Assembly: GCA_050246815.1 (NCBI GenBank)
Contig: JBFWVI010000066.1
Coordinates: 1 to 15,107, forward strand
Source: Bdellovibrionales bacterium
GTDB lineage: Bacteria; Bdellovibrionota; Bdellovibrionia; Bdellovibrionales; UBA1609
Length of the DNA: 15,107 nt
Direction of reading: 5' to 3'
A program made the position numbers and the translations under genes. The notes under the pieces are model-generated. The model searched no databases. It had not been told where the DNA came from and saw only the letters and a list, made by a program, of their open reading frames with translations. Shown here piece by piece: positions 8,332 through 15,107 of the stretch (the first letter of the stretch is position 1; each line of letters begins with the position of its first letter).

Positions 8332-9079
8332 ACAAAAAATACTCCTGATTGCCGTCTTGGCCCGCCAGAGCGCAGGTTAAATAATTTTGGACCCGCAAAC
8401 CCTCTTGAACAGCTCGTTGTACTATTTTGTCGCGCACTTGGGCGTGCAACTCAAGGTCTGTCACGATGCCGCGCCGATTGTGTTCTTGATTGGCCACTTC
8501 AAATTGCGGTTTCACTAGGGCCAGCAAATGGCCTTTGGGGCGAATGAAGCTTTGAATTTGGGGCAAAATGATCTCTAGCGAGATAAAAGAAACATCCACG
8601 ACGATCAAGTCAAAACCCGTCTGCAGCCAAGGTTGCAACTCTTCAATTTGTTGCAAATGGCGGGCATTGATTCCTTCAAACGCCTTAAGACGTGGCTCTG
8701 CCCTCAGGCTGGGTGCTAGTTGATCGTGCCCCACGTCGATGCCCACAATTTCTATGGCGCCTCGACGCAGCAAGCAGTCGGCAAAACCCCCGGTCGAAAT
8801 CCCCACGTCCAAAATTCGCTGGCCGACCACATCCAAAGCAAGTTCATCTAAAGCGGCGGCCAGTTTTCTTCCGCCGCGCGAAACATATTCGATCGCATCG
8901 CGTGTCACCAGACGAACGCGGTCGGGTTGACTCTCATCGACCTGGTAGGATTCCTCGCGGCAGACTTGCCAACCGCTTTGACTTTGAATCTCGACGGCGC
9001 CTTCGCGCAGCAGCTCTTGCGCTTTCGCGCGCGAAGGCGCCAGCCCCCATTGTCTTAAGGCCACATCCAGACGTATCAT
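8315..9079 (-). CDS. tlyA: TlyA-family rRNA 2'-O-methyltransferase (S4 + FtsJ domains, 254 aa)
   Basis: RLD...GLAPSRAKAQ S4 start, YVSRGGRKL, LDVGISTGGF, IDVG, DVSFIS, LVKPQFE and GNQEY motifs. ATGA overlap with ispA. Confidence 0.96.
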   Translation of the reverse strand: MIRLDVALRQWGLAPSRAKAQELLREGAVEIQSQSGWQVCREESYQVDESQPDRVRLVTRDAIEYVSRGGRKLAAALDELALDVVGQRILDVGISTGGFADCLLRRGAIEIVGIDVGHDQLAPSLRAEPRLKAFEGINARHLQQIEELQPWLQTGFDLIVVDVSFISLEIILPQIQSFIRPKGHLLALVKPQFEVANQEHNRRGIVTDLELHAQVRDKIVQRAVQEGLRVQNYLTCALAGQDGNQEYFLYAEKP

Positions 9080-9924
9080 CGATGCAAGTTGAATTTGACC
9101 ATTTCGGCCAAGCGGGAATTTTCAATGCCGGCCACGCGCAAGGAGCCCAGCGCGTCAGCCGAAGTCTGGGCCAGCAAAAGACGAGTTTTATCTAAACCTA
9201 AAATCGCAATGAAACTGGCGGCCTCTTCATTCTCGGGATCATAGTCTTGCAGATCGTCGGCCACCTGAAAAGCCAGCCCCAGATGTTCGCCGAACTGCCG
9301 CAAAGCTTTGCGCACGGCCGGCGCAGCATTGGCGATGACCGCAGCCCCCTCCACCGACGCTTGAATCAGGGCTCCGGTCTTCATCTGGTGCTGCGTGCGA
9401 ATTTCTTCTTCAGATGGGTTGTCTTTAGGCGAAATATCAATAGCCTGGCCGCCAACCATGCCTCTTTGCCCCGCCGCCTGACCTAAAATTTGCAAAAGCT
9501 CCACAGCCAAAGTGGGCTCAGCTTTGTAGGCCCCCGCCAAATGAGTGAAGGCCTCGGTCAAAAGCGCGTCACCTGCAAGCAACGCCATCGCTTCACCAAA
9601 AATTTTGTGATTCGTGGGCTTACCGCGACGAAGATCATCATCATCCATGAGCGGCAGATCGTCATGAATCAGCGAATAGGTGTGGATCATCTCAACCGCC
9701 AGCGCGAACGGCAAAACACGCGGGTGCCCTTGGTTCAGTGCCTGGGCCGTTAAAAGTGCCAGTGTCGGACGAAAACGTTTTCCGCCCGAAAGGGCGGAAT
9801 AACAAATCGATTCATGCAGCCGCAAAACTCCAGCATAAGCACAGCCGGGCTTGCGGTTGAAATATTTTTTGGCGTAAAGCTCGAATTCCTCAAGCTCGGC
9901 GCCCACCACCTCAGAAAAATCCAT
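9076..9924 (-). CDS. ispA: Short-chain polyprenyl diphosphate synthase (farnesyl diphosphate synthase / geranyltranstransferase, 282 aa)
   Basis: GGKRFRP, HTYSLIHDDLPLMDDDDLRRGKPT, GMVGGQAID, KTGAL and GLAFQVADD motifs. Canonical position after xseB (TAATG overlap). Confidence 0.95.
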   Translation of the reverse strand: MDFSEVVGAELEEFELYAKKYFNRKPGCAYAGVLRLHESICYSALSGGKRFRPTLALLTAQALNQGHPRVLPFALAVEMIHTYSLIHDDLPLMDDDDLRRGKPTNHKIFGEAMALLAGDALLTEAFTHLAGAYKAEPTLAVELLQILGQAAGQRGMVGGQAIDISPKDNPSEEEIRTQHQMKTGALIQASVEGAAVIANAAPAVRKALRQFGEHLGLAFQVADDLQDYDPENEEAASFIAILGLDKTRLLLAQTSADALGSLRVAGIENSRLAEMVKFNLHR

Positions 9925-10145
9925 TATTCCTTCGCGGCGAAATCCGCTGTTAGTGGATTGCCGTCGGCGTCCACACTCATCAACACTTTGACTTTTTGCT
10001 CAGCCGCGTTCAACTGCGTCTGGCATTCGCGCACCAGTTTGACGCCCTCTTCGAACATTTTCAGCGAGTCTTCCAGCGCCAGCTCACCGCCCTCCATTTT
10101 GCCGACGATCTCTTCAAGCCGGTTTAATTTGGTTTCGAAGTTCAT
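9924..10145 (-). CDS. xseB: Exodeoxyribonuclease VII small subunit (73 aa)
   Basis: FE..L.RLEEIV..ME.GEL.LEDSL..FEEGVKL...C...L..AEQKV signature. ATGA overlap with xseA. Confidence 0.97.
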   Translation of the reverse strand: MNFETKLNRLEEIVGKMEGGELALEDSLKMFEEGVKLVRECQTQLNAAEQKVKVLMSVDADGNPLTADFAAKE

Positions 10146-11581
10146 GATTCGCTCCTTGTTTCCTTCATATTTTCAACACTGATTTTGGTCACCTGACTGC
10201 AAATAAGTCCGCGGTGCACACGAGTTTCAATTTGGTCACCCACCTGAAGAACGTGGGCCTGGCGCACCACCTGACCCTTGTGAGTGGTGATGGCATAACC
10301 GCGATCCAAAACTTTTAGTGGGCTGATGTTGTCTAACACCACGGCCGCGCGGCCCAATCGGGCTTTTAATTTTTCAAAATAAAGTTGGCTCAAACCCTGC
10401 AAACGCACGACGTGCTCGCTTAAACGCTGATGCAGGTGAACCAACATGGCATCGGGCGTGCCCATGCGGGTGCGCAGCAATGCCAGGCCCTGGCGCCTTT
10501 CACTTAGGCGATGTTGCATGGCCATTTGTAACCGCGATTGAAGCTCATCACAACGAAGCGCTAAGTCTTGCAGTCGTCGCTTGGGGTCGGCCACAACCAG
10601 GCGGCTTTCGACCGTGCGCAAACGACGGCGCAACAGCTGCAAAGTGTGCCCGACCAATTGGGCCAGTTGCTTGCCGCGCACAAAGACGACATCGCCAAGC
10701 TCCGCGGCGCTTTTGACCACCAGTTCTGCAGCGGCAGAAGGCGTCGGCGCGCGCATGTCAGCCACAAAATCGGCAATGGTAAAGTCGATTTCGTGCCCGA
10801 CCGCAGAAATGGTGGGAATGCGCGAGGCGGCGATGGCGCGGGCGACACGCTCGTCATTAAAACACCACATGTCTTCGGTCGAGCCGCCGCCGCGCCCGAC
10901 GATTAAAACATCGACGTCCTTTAAGCGATTGGCCATTTCAATGGCCTGTACGATTTGCGGTGGTGCTTGATCGCCTTGCACCACCGCCGGAATGACAGTC
11001 ACACGCAGCCCACGAAAACGGCGGTTCAGCACCTGCAAAATATCGCGAATGGCGGCACCGGTAGGTGAGGTCACCACCGCCACGTGTTGTGGCAGGGCCG
11101 GCAGCTGACGCTTTTTCTCGGGCGAAAAAAGCCCTTCGCTTTGCAGCTTGGCTTTGAGCTGTTCAAAGGCCAATTGCATAGCGCCGGCGCCGACAGGCTC
11201 CATCATTTCACAAAAAACTTGATAGTTACCGCGCGGCTCGTAGACGGTGATCTTGCCGCGCACAATGACTTCCATCCCGTCAGCGGGCTTAAAACGCACT
11301 TGCTGATTGAAGCCACGAAACATCACCGCGTTGATTTGGGCTTTGCTGTCTTTTAAACTAAAATACCAGTGCCCAGAGGAATGCGGTTTAAAATTTGAAA
11401 TTTCACCTTTGATCCAAAGCAGGGCGAAGCCGCCCTCTAGGGTCTGTTTCACAGCGCGGTTGACATCCGACACGCTTAAAACATCCGGTTGCCCATCTGA
11501 GCGGCGGGGCTGGCGCGAGGACGCCGATTTGACTTCTTGAGCGCGGGCTTTTAATTGAGCTTCAAGCGAAAGTTGATGCAT
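10142..11581 (-). CDS. xseA: Exodeoxyribonuclease VII large subunit (479 aa)
   Basis: OB fold GEISNFK..SSGHWYFSLKD, VVTSPTGAAIRDI, RGGGS.ED, SAVGHEIDFTIADFVAD.RAPTPSAAAE and SPLKVLDRGYA motifs. Confidence 0.98.
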   Translation of the reverse strand: MHQLSLEAQLKARAQEVKSASSRQPRRSDGQPDVLSVSDVNRAVKQTLEGGFALLWIKGEISNFKPHSSGHWYFSLKDSKAQINAVMFRGFNQQVRFKPADGMEVIVRGKITVYEPRGNYQVFCEMMEPVGAGAMQLAFEQLKAKLQSEGLFSPEKKRQLPALPQHVAVVTSPTGAAIRDILQVLNRRFRGLRVTVIPAVVQGDQAPPQIVQAIEMANRLKDVDVLIVGRGGGSTEDMWCFNDERVARAIAASRIPTISAVGHEIDFTIADFVADMRAPTPSAAAELVVKSAAELGDVVFVRGKQLAQLVGHTLQLLRRRLRTVESRLVVADPKRRLQDLALRCDELQSRLQMAMQHRLSERRQGLALLRTRMGTPDAMLVHLHQRLSEHVVRLQGLSQLYFEKLKARLGRAAVVLDNISPLKVLDRGYAITTHKGQVVRQAHVLQVGDQIETRVHRGLICSQVTKISVENMKETRSES

Positions 11582-11591
11582 GCGGGTTCAC

Positions 11592-11620
11592 ACCCTAGCC
11601 GGGGCCCGCTAATGAGTCGA
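11592..11620 (-). promoter_or_regulatory. Possible sigma70 promoter for xseA (TCGACT-N17-TAGGGT)
   Basis: TCGACT 11620-11615, 17 nt spacer, TAGGGT 11597-11592, located between the 6S RNA U-tract and the xseA ATG. Confidence 0.35.
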
Positions 11621-11629
11621 GAAAAAAAC

Positions 11630-11796
11630 GGTTCTTGTGGAGGAAGAGGATCCGTAAACCCGTATTTTTTAAGGTGGGTGGCCATGATAACGACTTTAGG
11701 CTTCTCACGACCAGGGTGAGCATGCACACCATCGTCAGGGACAGCCCCCGATCTATAACTTACAGGGTTTACATTGCCCTCTATCCACAAGAACTC
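11630..11796 (-). ncRNA. ssrS: 6S RNA
   Basis: Rod structure: 11-bp terminal helix (11631-11641 with 11784-11794), inner helices 11645-11649/11778-11782 and 11654-11661/11765-11772, then an AU-rich central bubble. Carries the conserved 6S segments GGUGUGCAUGCUC...GAGAAGCCUAAA and CACCUU...GGGUUUA. Has its own promoter and a T7 tract (11628-11622) after the 3' end. Confidence 0.93.
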
Positions 11797-11801
11797 CATT
11801 C

Positions 11802-11830
11802 AATATAGCAGAAGCATTTTGCGCTCGCAA
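11802..11830 (-). promoter_or_regulatory. Sigma70 promoter of 6S RNA (TTGCGA-N17-TATATT with extended -10 TG)
   Basis: TTGCGA 11830-11825, 17 nt spacer containing TGn, TATATT 11807-11802. The predicted start near 11796-11795 coincides with the 5' end of the terminal helix. Confidence 0.75.
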
Positions 11831-11878
11831 TTCGAGCTGCGCCTACGTCGGGCTCTAGGTGCGAATAAGCGACCCGCG

Positions 11879-11928
11879 TGGATTTTTTGTTGCAATTCAG
11901 AACGTTTTTTCTTTAAAGAAAAAATCCA
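11879..11928. repeat. Nested AT-rich inverted repeats upstream of the 6S promoter
   Basis: Perfect 20-bp palindrome TTTTTTCTTTAAAGAAAAAA (11905-11924), plus a perfect 10-bp inverted repeat TGGATTTTTT (11879-11888) / AAAAAATCCA (11919-11928). Confidence 0.6.
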
Positions 11929-11972
11929 TTGACCCTGAAATTGAGCTTGCTTTTTGGCCCCGGCCCGTGGCG

Positions 11973-12587
11973 CTACTGCACAAATTCTGACTTTACCGGC
12001 ACGGTGGTCCGCTGTTGCTGCAGACGGATGTGCTTGAGCTTTTTGGGTGGGCTTGGCTCGTCCTCGCAGAAGGCGGGCGGGTTGCCATGTTTGCTTGGGT
12101 TGAACGTGTATATTTTCCCCGCAAAGGTGCAGCTTTGATAGACGTCTTCTGCATTGGGTTCCCAGGCCACTGGAATCGGAGCCTCGCGGATTTCACCTTC
12201 TTTTTTCTGATCATGCTCGTTTTCGCCGCGGGTGCGCCCGTTCAAAACGATCACCGCCTGCATGTGTTTGTTCACCCGATCCAAGCAATCCATTCGGTTT
12301 TCACTTTTAAAATTACACTTTTTATTGAGGCTATTTCGCAGCGCAACCACTTCTCTTCGCCCTAGTTGGGCGAAAAAGGGCTTGCGGTCTTCTTCGCTCA
12401 TGCAAACCTGATAGGCTTCGCGCGCATAGGTGCTGAAGTAGGCCACGGCCTGCCCGATTTTGACTTGGTCGTGCAACTGTTGTTTATAAAAATCGCAAGA
12501 TCGTCCTGCAACTGTTTTCACTTGAGCCCCAGTGACGATCCCCCAAATTGCGACCCAGCCAATAAGAATAAATTTTATTCTGTTCAT
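11973..12587 (-). CDS. Hypothetical exported protein with six cysteines (204 aa)
   Basis: Longest ORF in the interval that does not overlap the neighbouring membrane-protein gene. N-terminus is basic then hydrophobic (MNRIKFILIGWVAIWGIVTGA). Even Cys count. TAGAAT -10-like box 6 nt before the ATG. Confidence 0.75.
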   Translation of the reverse strand: MNRIKFILIGWVAIWGIVTGAQVKTVAGRSCDFYKQQLHDQVKIGQAVAYFSTYAREAYQVCMSEEDRKPFFAQLGRREVVALRNSLNKKCNFKSENRMDCLDRVNKHMQAVIVLNGRTRGENEHDQKKEGEIREAPIPVAWEPNAEDVYQSCTFAGKIYTFNPSKHGNPPAFCEDEPSPPKKLKHIRLQQQRTTVPVKSEFVQ

Positions 12588-12723
12588 GGGCCTATTCTAG
12601 CTCAGATCTTTGCTTTGTTTCTATTAAGTCTCGCTTCAGAAAAGTCGGCACCGGCCCATTTTGAGACAGCATTTGGCCTTAGGTCTAGTGTGGTTTGGGG
12701 TCGCGTTGACCGAAGAATTCTTT

Positions 12724-12951
12724 ATGGACATTCAGACTTTGGATTTTTTATTTCCTTTCTTCGTTCTGGCCTACGGCTTTTTGGTCACGTGCGTGCTGTC
12801 GTGGCCGCAGTTGGTGCAATTGGCCGAGCAGCGTTTACCCGATCAGCTGCTGAAACAGCTGATGGCACACCGGGTGCTGGCCTTGGTCTGTTTGGTGGTC
12901 GGCGCGTTTTGGAGTCTGCAAAACCTTTGGTTGCGCGAAAATTTATTTTAG
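12724..12951 (+). CDS. Small membrane protein with two predicted transmembrane helices (75 aa)
   Basis: Hydrophobic segments FLFPFFVLAYGFLVTCVLSW and VLALVCLVVGAFWSL separated by a polar helix. ATG 12724 preferred over TTG 12661. Confidence 0.75.
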   Translation: MDIQTLDFLFPFFVLAYGFLVTCVLSWPQLVQLAEQRLPDQLLKQLMAHRVLALVCLVVGAFWSLQNLWLRENLF

Positions 12952-13072
12952 TACGCATCTCGTGTAAAATAGAAGGCCGAGTTCGACAGCCTAAAGGCTT
13001 CGGTCTGTGCGCTGCCCCCCGACCAAAGCCTCATTGAGTTTCACTTGCTCCCTCGATTGAACTGACCGAAAA

Positions 13073-13085
13073 TCTCATTTTGAGA
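13073..13085. promoter_or_regulatory. Palindromic site TCTCA-TTT-TGAGA, putative transcription-factor binding site
   Basis: Perfect 5-3-5 dyad 14 nt upstream of a sigma54 motif. A degenerate copy (GCCCA-TTT-TGAGAC) lies at 12654-12667. Confidence 0.5.
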
Positions 13086-13099
13086 AAGGCCAAAACGAC

Positions 13100-13116
13100 T
13101 TGGCATTTCGCTTGCT
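13100..13116 (+). promoter_or_regulatory. Sigma54 (RpoN) -24/-12 promoter
   Basis: TTGGCATTTCGCTTGCT matches the TGGCAC-N5-TTGCW consensus with exact GG-N10-GC spacing, 30 nt upstream of ATG 13147. Confidence 0.72.
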
Positions 13117-13146
13117 TTTCAAAGGGTTAACAGAGGCGGGAACGCG

Positions 13147-14856
13147 ATGAATAGAATTACATTGTCGACGGTTTTGACGGCTGCTTTAACAAGCGTCTTT
13201 TTTGCCGGAATATCAGCACAGGCCCAGACCGTGGCCACACAGGAGACCTTGGCGGCCGCCCTCATCAACAAGGGCCTGTTCGTCTGTCTTTCGAAAGACG
13301 GCAAATCTTTCGAAAATGAAAAGCCTGAGTGCAAAGAAGCGATGGCTCGCATGACCAACGACACCAAGCTGAAAGAGTGCAAAGAAGAAATGAAAAGCTT
13401 CGACGACGCCTACAAAGACTTGCGCGGCAGCTGTGGCGAAGCGAGAATGTTTTTGAATATGTTTGCCAAGGCGACGGATTCGTCGTCTGAAAAGCGCGAT
13501 GAAATTGGGCAGTGTATTGACAACGTCAATCGCTGCGTACAGTGCGAGCCCGGATCCGAAGACCTGCTGCCAGGCGGTGCAAAGTGCGGAACCCTGACCA
13601 AAAAAGACAGTGATGACGACCTTTACAAAGATCAAACCCAACAAAACGGCTCGCAAGTCCTGAATAGCTTTATGAGCGGAATGAGCGGCGGCGCGATGGG
13701 CACCTCGGGGCTTAAGCGTGAAGACTTGGAAAAAGAAGTCTTAAGCTGCGTGCAAAGAAGTGCAGAAGGTTTGACGGACATTCGCACTCGCGTGAAAGAC
13801 TATCGCAAAGAGATCCGCGCCGAAGAAAAAGAGCTTCTTGACGCGCAGGCGGACCTAGCCGAAATCAACCAAGCAGTCCAAAACAAGCGCAATGCGGCCC
13901 AAGATCGAGCCGAAGAAATTCAGTCTAAATCAACCGAGGCCATTGACCGCATCAAAGACAAATTGGATGAGCAAACCCAAGCGGCCCTCAGCCAATACAC
14001 GGCTAACAACAACGCCATGGAAACCGACATCCGCCGCCTAGAGCGCGCCAAGGTCCAGGCCGAGTTGGCATACACCGAATCCGTGGTCAATTTGGATCGC
14101 GGTTGTCACGCCAATGCCTTGGCGCGCGTTGAGACCTATCGCAAAGAAATGTTAGATCTAATGAAGCAAAGCGCCTACACCAGTGGTAACTTCAACCAGC
14201 TGATGACCGGAGTCGGCCGCTCAAGCCGCAATAAATTTCAGATCTTAGCCAAAAAATTCTACGATGAATGCAAAAACGATCGCGCCTATAAATCTGTAGT
14301 TGAATCGTCTCAGCGGGCCAAGAAAAATGCGGTCGACACCGCCAACGAAGAAATCGCAGCCATTCGCGCCAGACAAAAGCAGGCCACTCAAGAAATTAAT
14401 CAGCTACGCACAACTGCCAATGCCAAAGCGATGAAAGACATGACCCGCGTCAGCACGGAGATGACCAAAGCGCTCACCGCCCTGGACCGCGAAACCCAAG
14501 CCGAATCAAGAAAAGCAACGCAAAAGCTAATGACAAAAGGTTTAGAAGTAAACGCCTTAGGCCGCAACGTGGCCGAAAGCCGCGCTGACCTAGAAGAAGA
14601 TCAAGAGCGCATTCGTTTGGCCAAAAAATATGGCCGCTCGTCAACCGGCATCAAAGAAGGCGCCGTGGACAAAGCGATCAGCAGCGCCCAAGCCGCTCAA
14701 GTGCGAGCCGAGAGGGCTGCGGCCTCTTGCTGCATTGACGCCAGCAGTGATTCGCAGTGCAAACAGGCCTGCAGCTTTTTGGGAAGCGCGGGTCTTGCCT
14801 GTGGAACCGCAGGATCGAAAGATTTCAAAATCGAGAAAAAAGGCTCCGCCCAGTAG
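13147..14856 (+). CDS. Hypothetical exported Cys-rich, long coiled-coil protein (569 aa)
   Basis: Long ORF with GAGG upstream. Sec signal ending AQA. 16 Cys. Extended A/E/K/Q/R-rich helical region with no proline. Confidence 0.88.
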   Translation: MNRITLSTVLTAALTSVFFAGISAQAQTVATQETLAAALINKGLFVCLSKDGKSFENEKPECKEAMARMTNDTKLKECKEEMKSFDDAYKDLRGSCGEARMFLNMFAKATDSSSEKRDEIGQCIDNVNRCVQCEPGSEDLLPGGAKCGTLTKKDSDDDLYKDQTQQNGSQVLNSFMSGMSGGAMGTSGLKREDLEKEVLSCVQRSAEGLTDIRTRVKDYRKEIRAEEKELLDAQADLAEINQAVQNKRNAAQDRAEEIQSKSTEAIDRIKDKLDEQTQAALSQYTANNNAMETDIRRLERAKVQAELAYTESVVNLDRGCHANALARVETYRKEMLDLMKQSAYTSGNFNQLMTGVGRSSRNKFQILAKKFYDECKNDRAYKSVVESSQRAKKNAVDTANEEIAAIRARQKQATQEINQLRTTANAKAMKDMTRVSTEMTKALTALDRETQAESRKATQKLMTKGLEVNALGRNVAESRADLEEDQERIRLAKKYGRSSTGIKEGAVDKAISSAQAAQVRAERAAASCCIDASSDSQCKQACSFLGSAGLACGTAGSKDFKIEKKGSAQ

Positions 14857-14862
14857 ACGCCT

Positions 14863-14898
14863 AGTCGCGGCGCAGCGAAATCAGCCCGCGATTTTATT
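14863..14898 (+). terminator. Probable intrinsic terminator after the coiled-coil gene
   Basis: TCGCGG (14865-14870) pairs with CCGCGA (14886-14891), followed by TTTTATT. The stem begins within 10 nt of the stop; the loop is large. Confidence 0.45.
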
Positions 14899-14930
14899 GC
14901 AGGTCCGGCTTCGGCTGGTCTCTTTAGCGT

Positions 14931-14960
14931 TTGGCCCTTGGACGCCACTCGGGCTATACT
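14931..14960 (+). promoter_or_regulatory. Putative sigma70 promoter (TTGGCC-N18-TATACT) for the last gene
   Basis: TATACT at 14955-14960 and TTGGCC at 14931-14936, upstream of SD-like AAGGCGG and ATG 15015. Confidence 0.5.
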
Positions 14961-15014
14961 TACACGTCAATTAACGCGCAAAAAATGCGCTCCCTTACTT
15001 TAAGGCGGAACGTC

Positions 15015-15107
15015 ATGAAGAAGTTAATCGCCATTGTTGTAGCTTTGGTGTTGTTGGGCGTGGTCGGCGCCACGGGCATCATGTTGGTGGTCAGCTCCAG
15101 CCTGCCC
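15015..15107 (+). CDS. 5' end of a membrane-anchored protein (MKKLIAIVVALVLLGVVGATGIMLVVSSSLP...), possibly a class A penicillin-binding protein (PBP1A)
   Basis: SD plus ATG, frame open to the window edge. Basic N-terminus and a transmembrane helix followed by 'LP', as in PBP1A N-termini. Only 31 codons are visible, so the product is tentative. Confidence 0.65.
   Translation, partial: MKKLIAIVVALVLLGVVGATGIMLVVSSSLP

Noticed and set aside
8315..9079. TlyA as a haemolysin or toxin
   Set aside because: The sequence supports an rRNA methyltransferase in its usual housekeeping context. There is no export signal or other evidence for a toxin role.
11551..11799. 82-aa minus-strand ORF (MEFLWIEG...)
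   Set aside because: It coincides with the 6S RNA, its ATG lies at or upstream of the predicted TSS, and it overlaps the xseA start out of frame.
12366..13037. 223-aa plus-strand ORF
   Set aside because: It overlaps both the minus-strand exported protein and the two-TM gene in another frame, has a TTG start, and shows no recognisable motif.
14976..14990. GCGCA-AAAAA-TGCGC hairpin in the leader of the last gene as a riboswitch or attenuator
   Set aside because: Only a 5-bp stem in a short leader, with no aptamer motif or U-tract.

Overview
Gene-dense bacterial chromosomal window. Gene content and protein style suggest a Bdellovibrionota (deltaproteobacteria-like) genome; this is an inference. 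Minus strand: a 6S RNA (ssrS, ~11630-11796, recognised from its conserved motifs and rod structure) heads a tightly coupled xseA-xseB-ispA-tlyA-patatin-like-pepP run, followed by a cyclophilin, GNAT-glpD, and a stand-alone mreB followed by a degenerate ECF-sigma-like gene and a partial, possibly anti-sigma-like gene. Plus strand: an SCP2-like protein, a HAD phosphatase, a small membrane protein, a sigma54-preceded Cys-rich exported coiled-coil protein, and the start of a membrane-anchored protein (possibly PBP1A). I saw no mobile elements, CRISPR arrays, tRNA or rRNA. The most interesting observations are: a cyclophilin gene that appears to encode both exported and cytoplasmic isoforms, a patatin lipoprotein lacking both catalytic residues, the sigma-like/anti-sigma-like pair coupled to mreB, and a TCTCA-N3-TGAGA palindrome beside a sigma54 promoter. 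None of these is shown to be novel without database searches.
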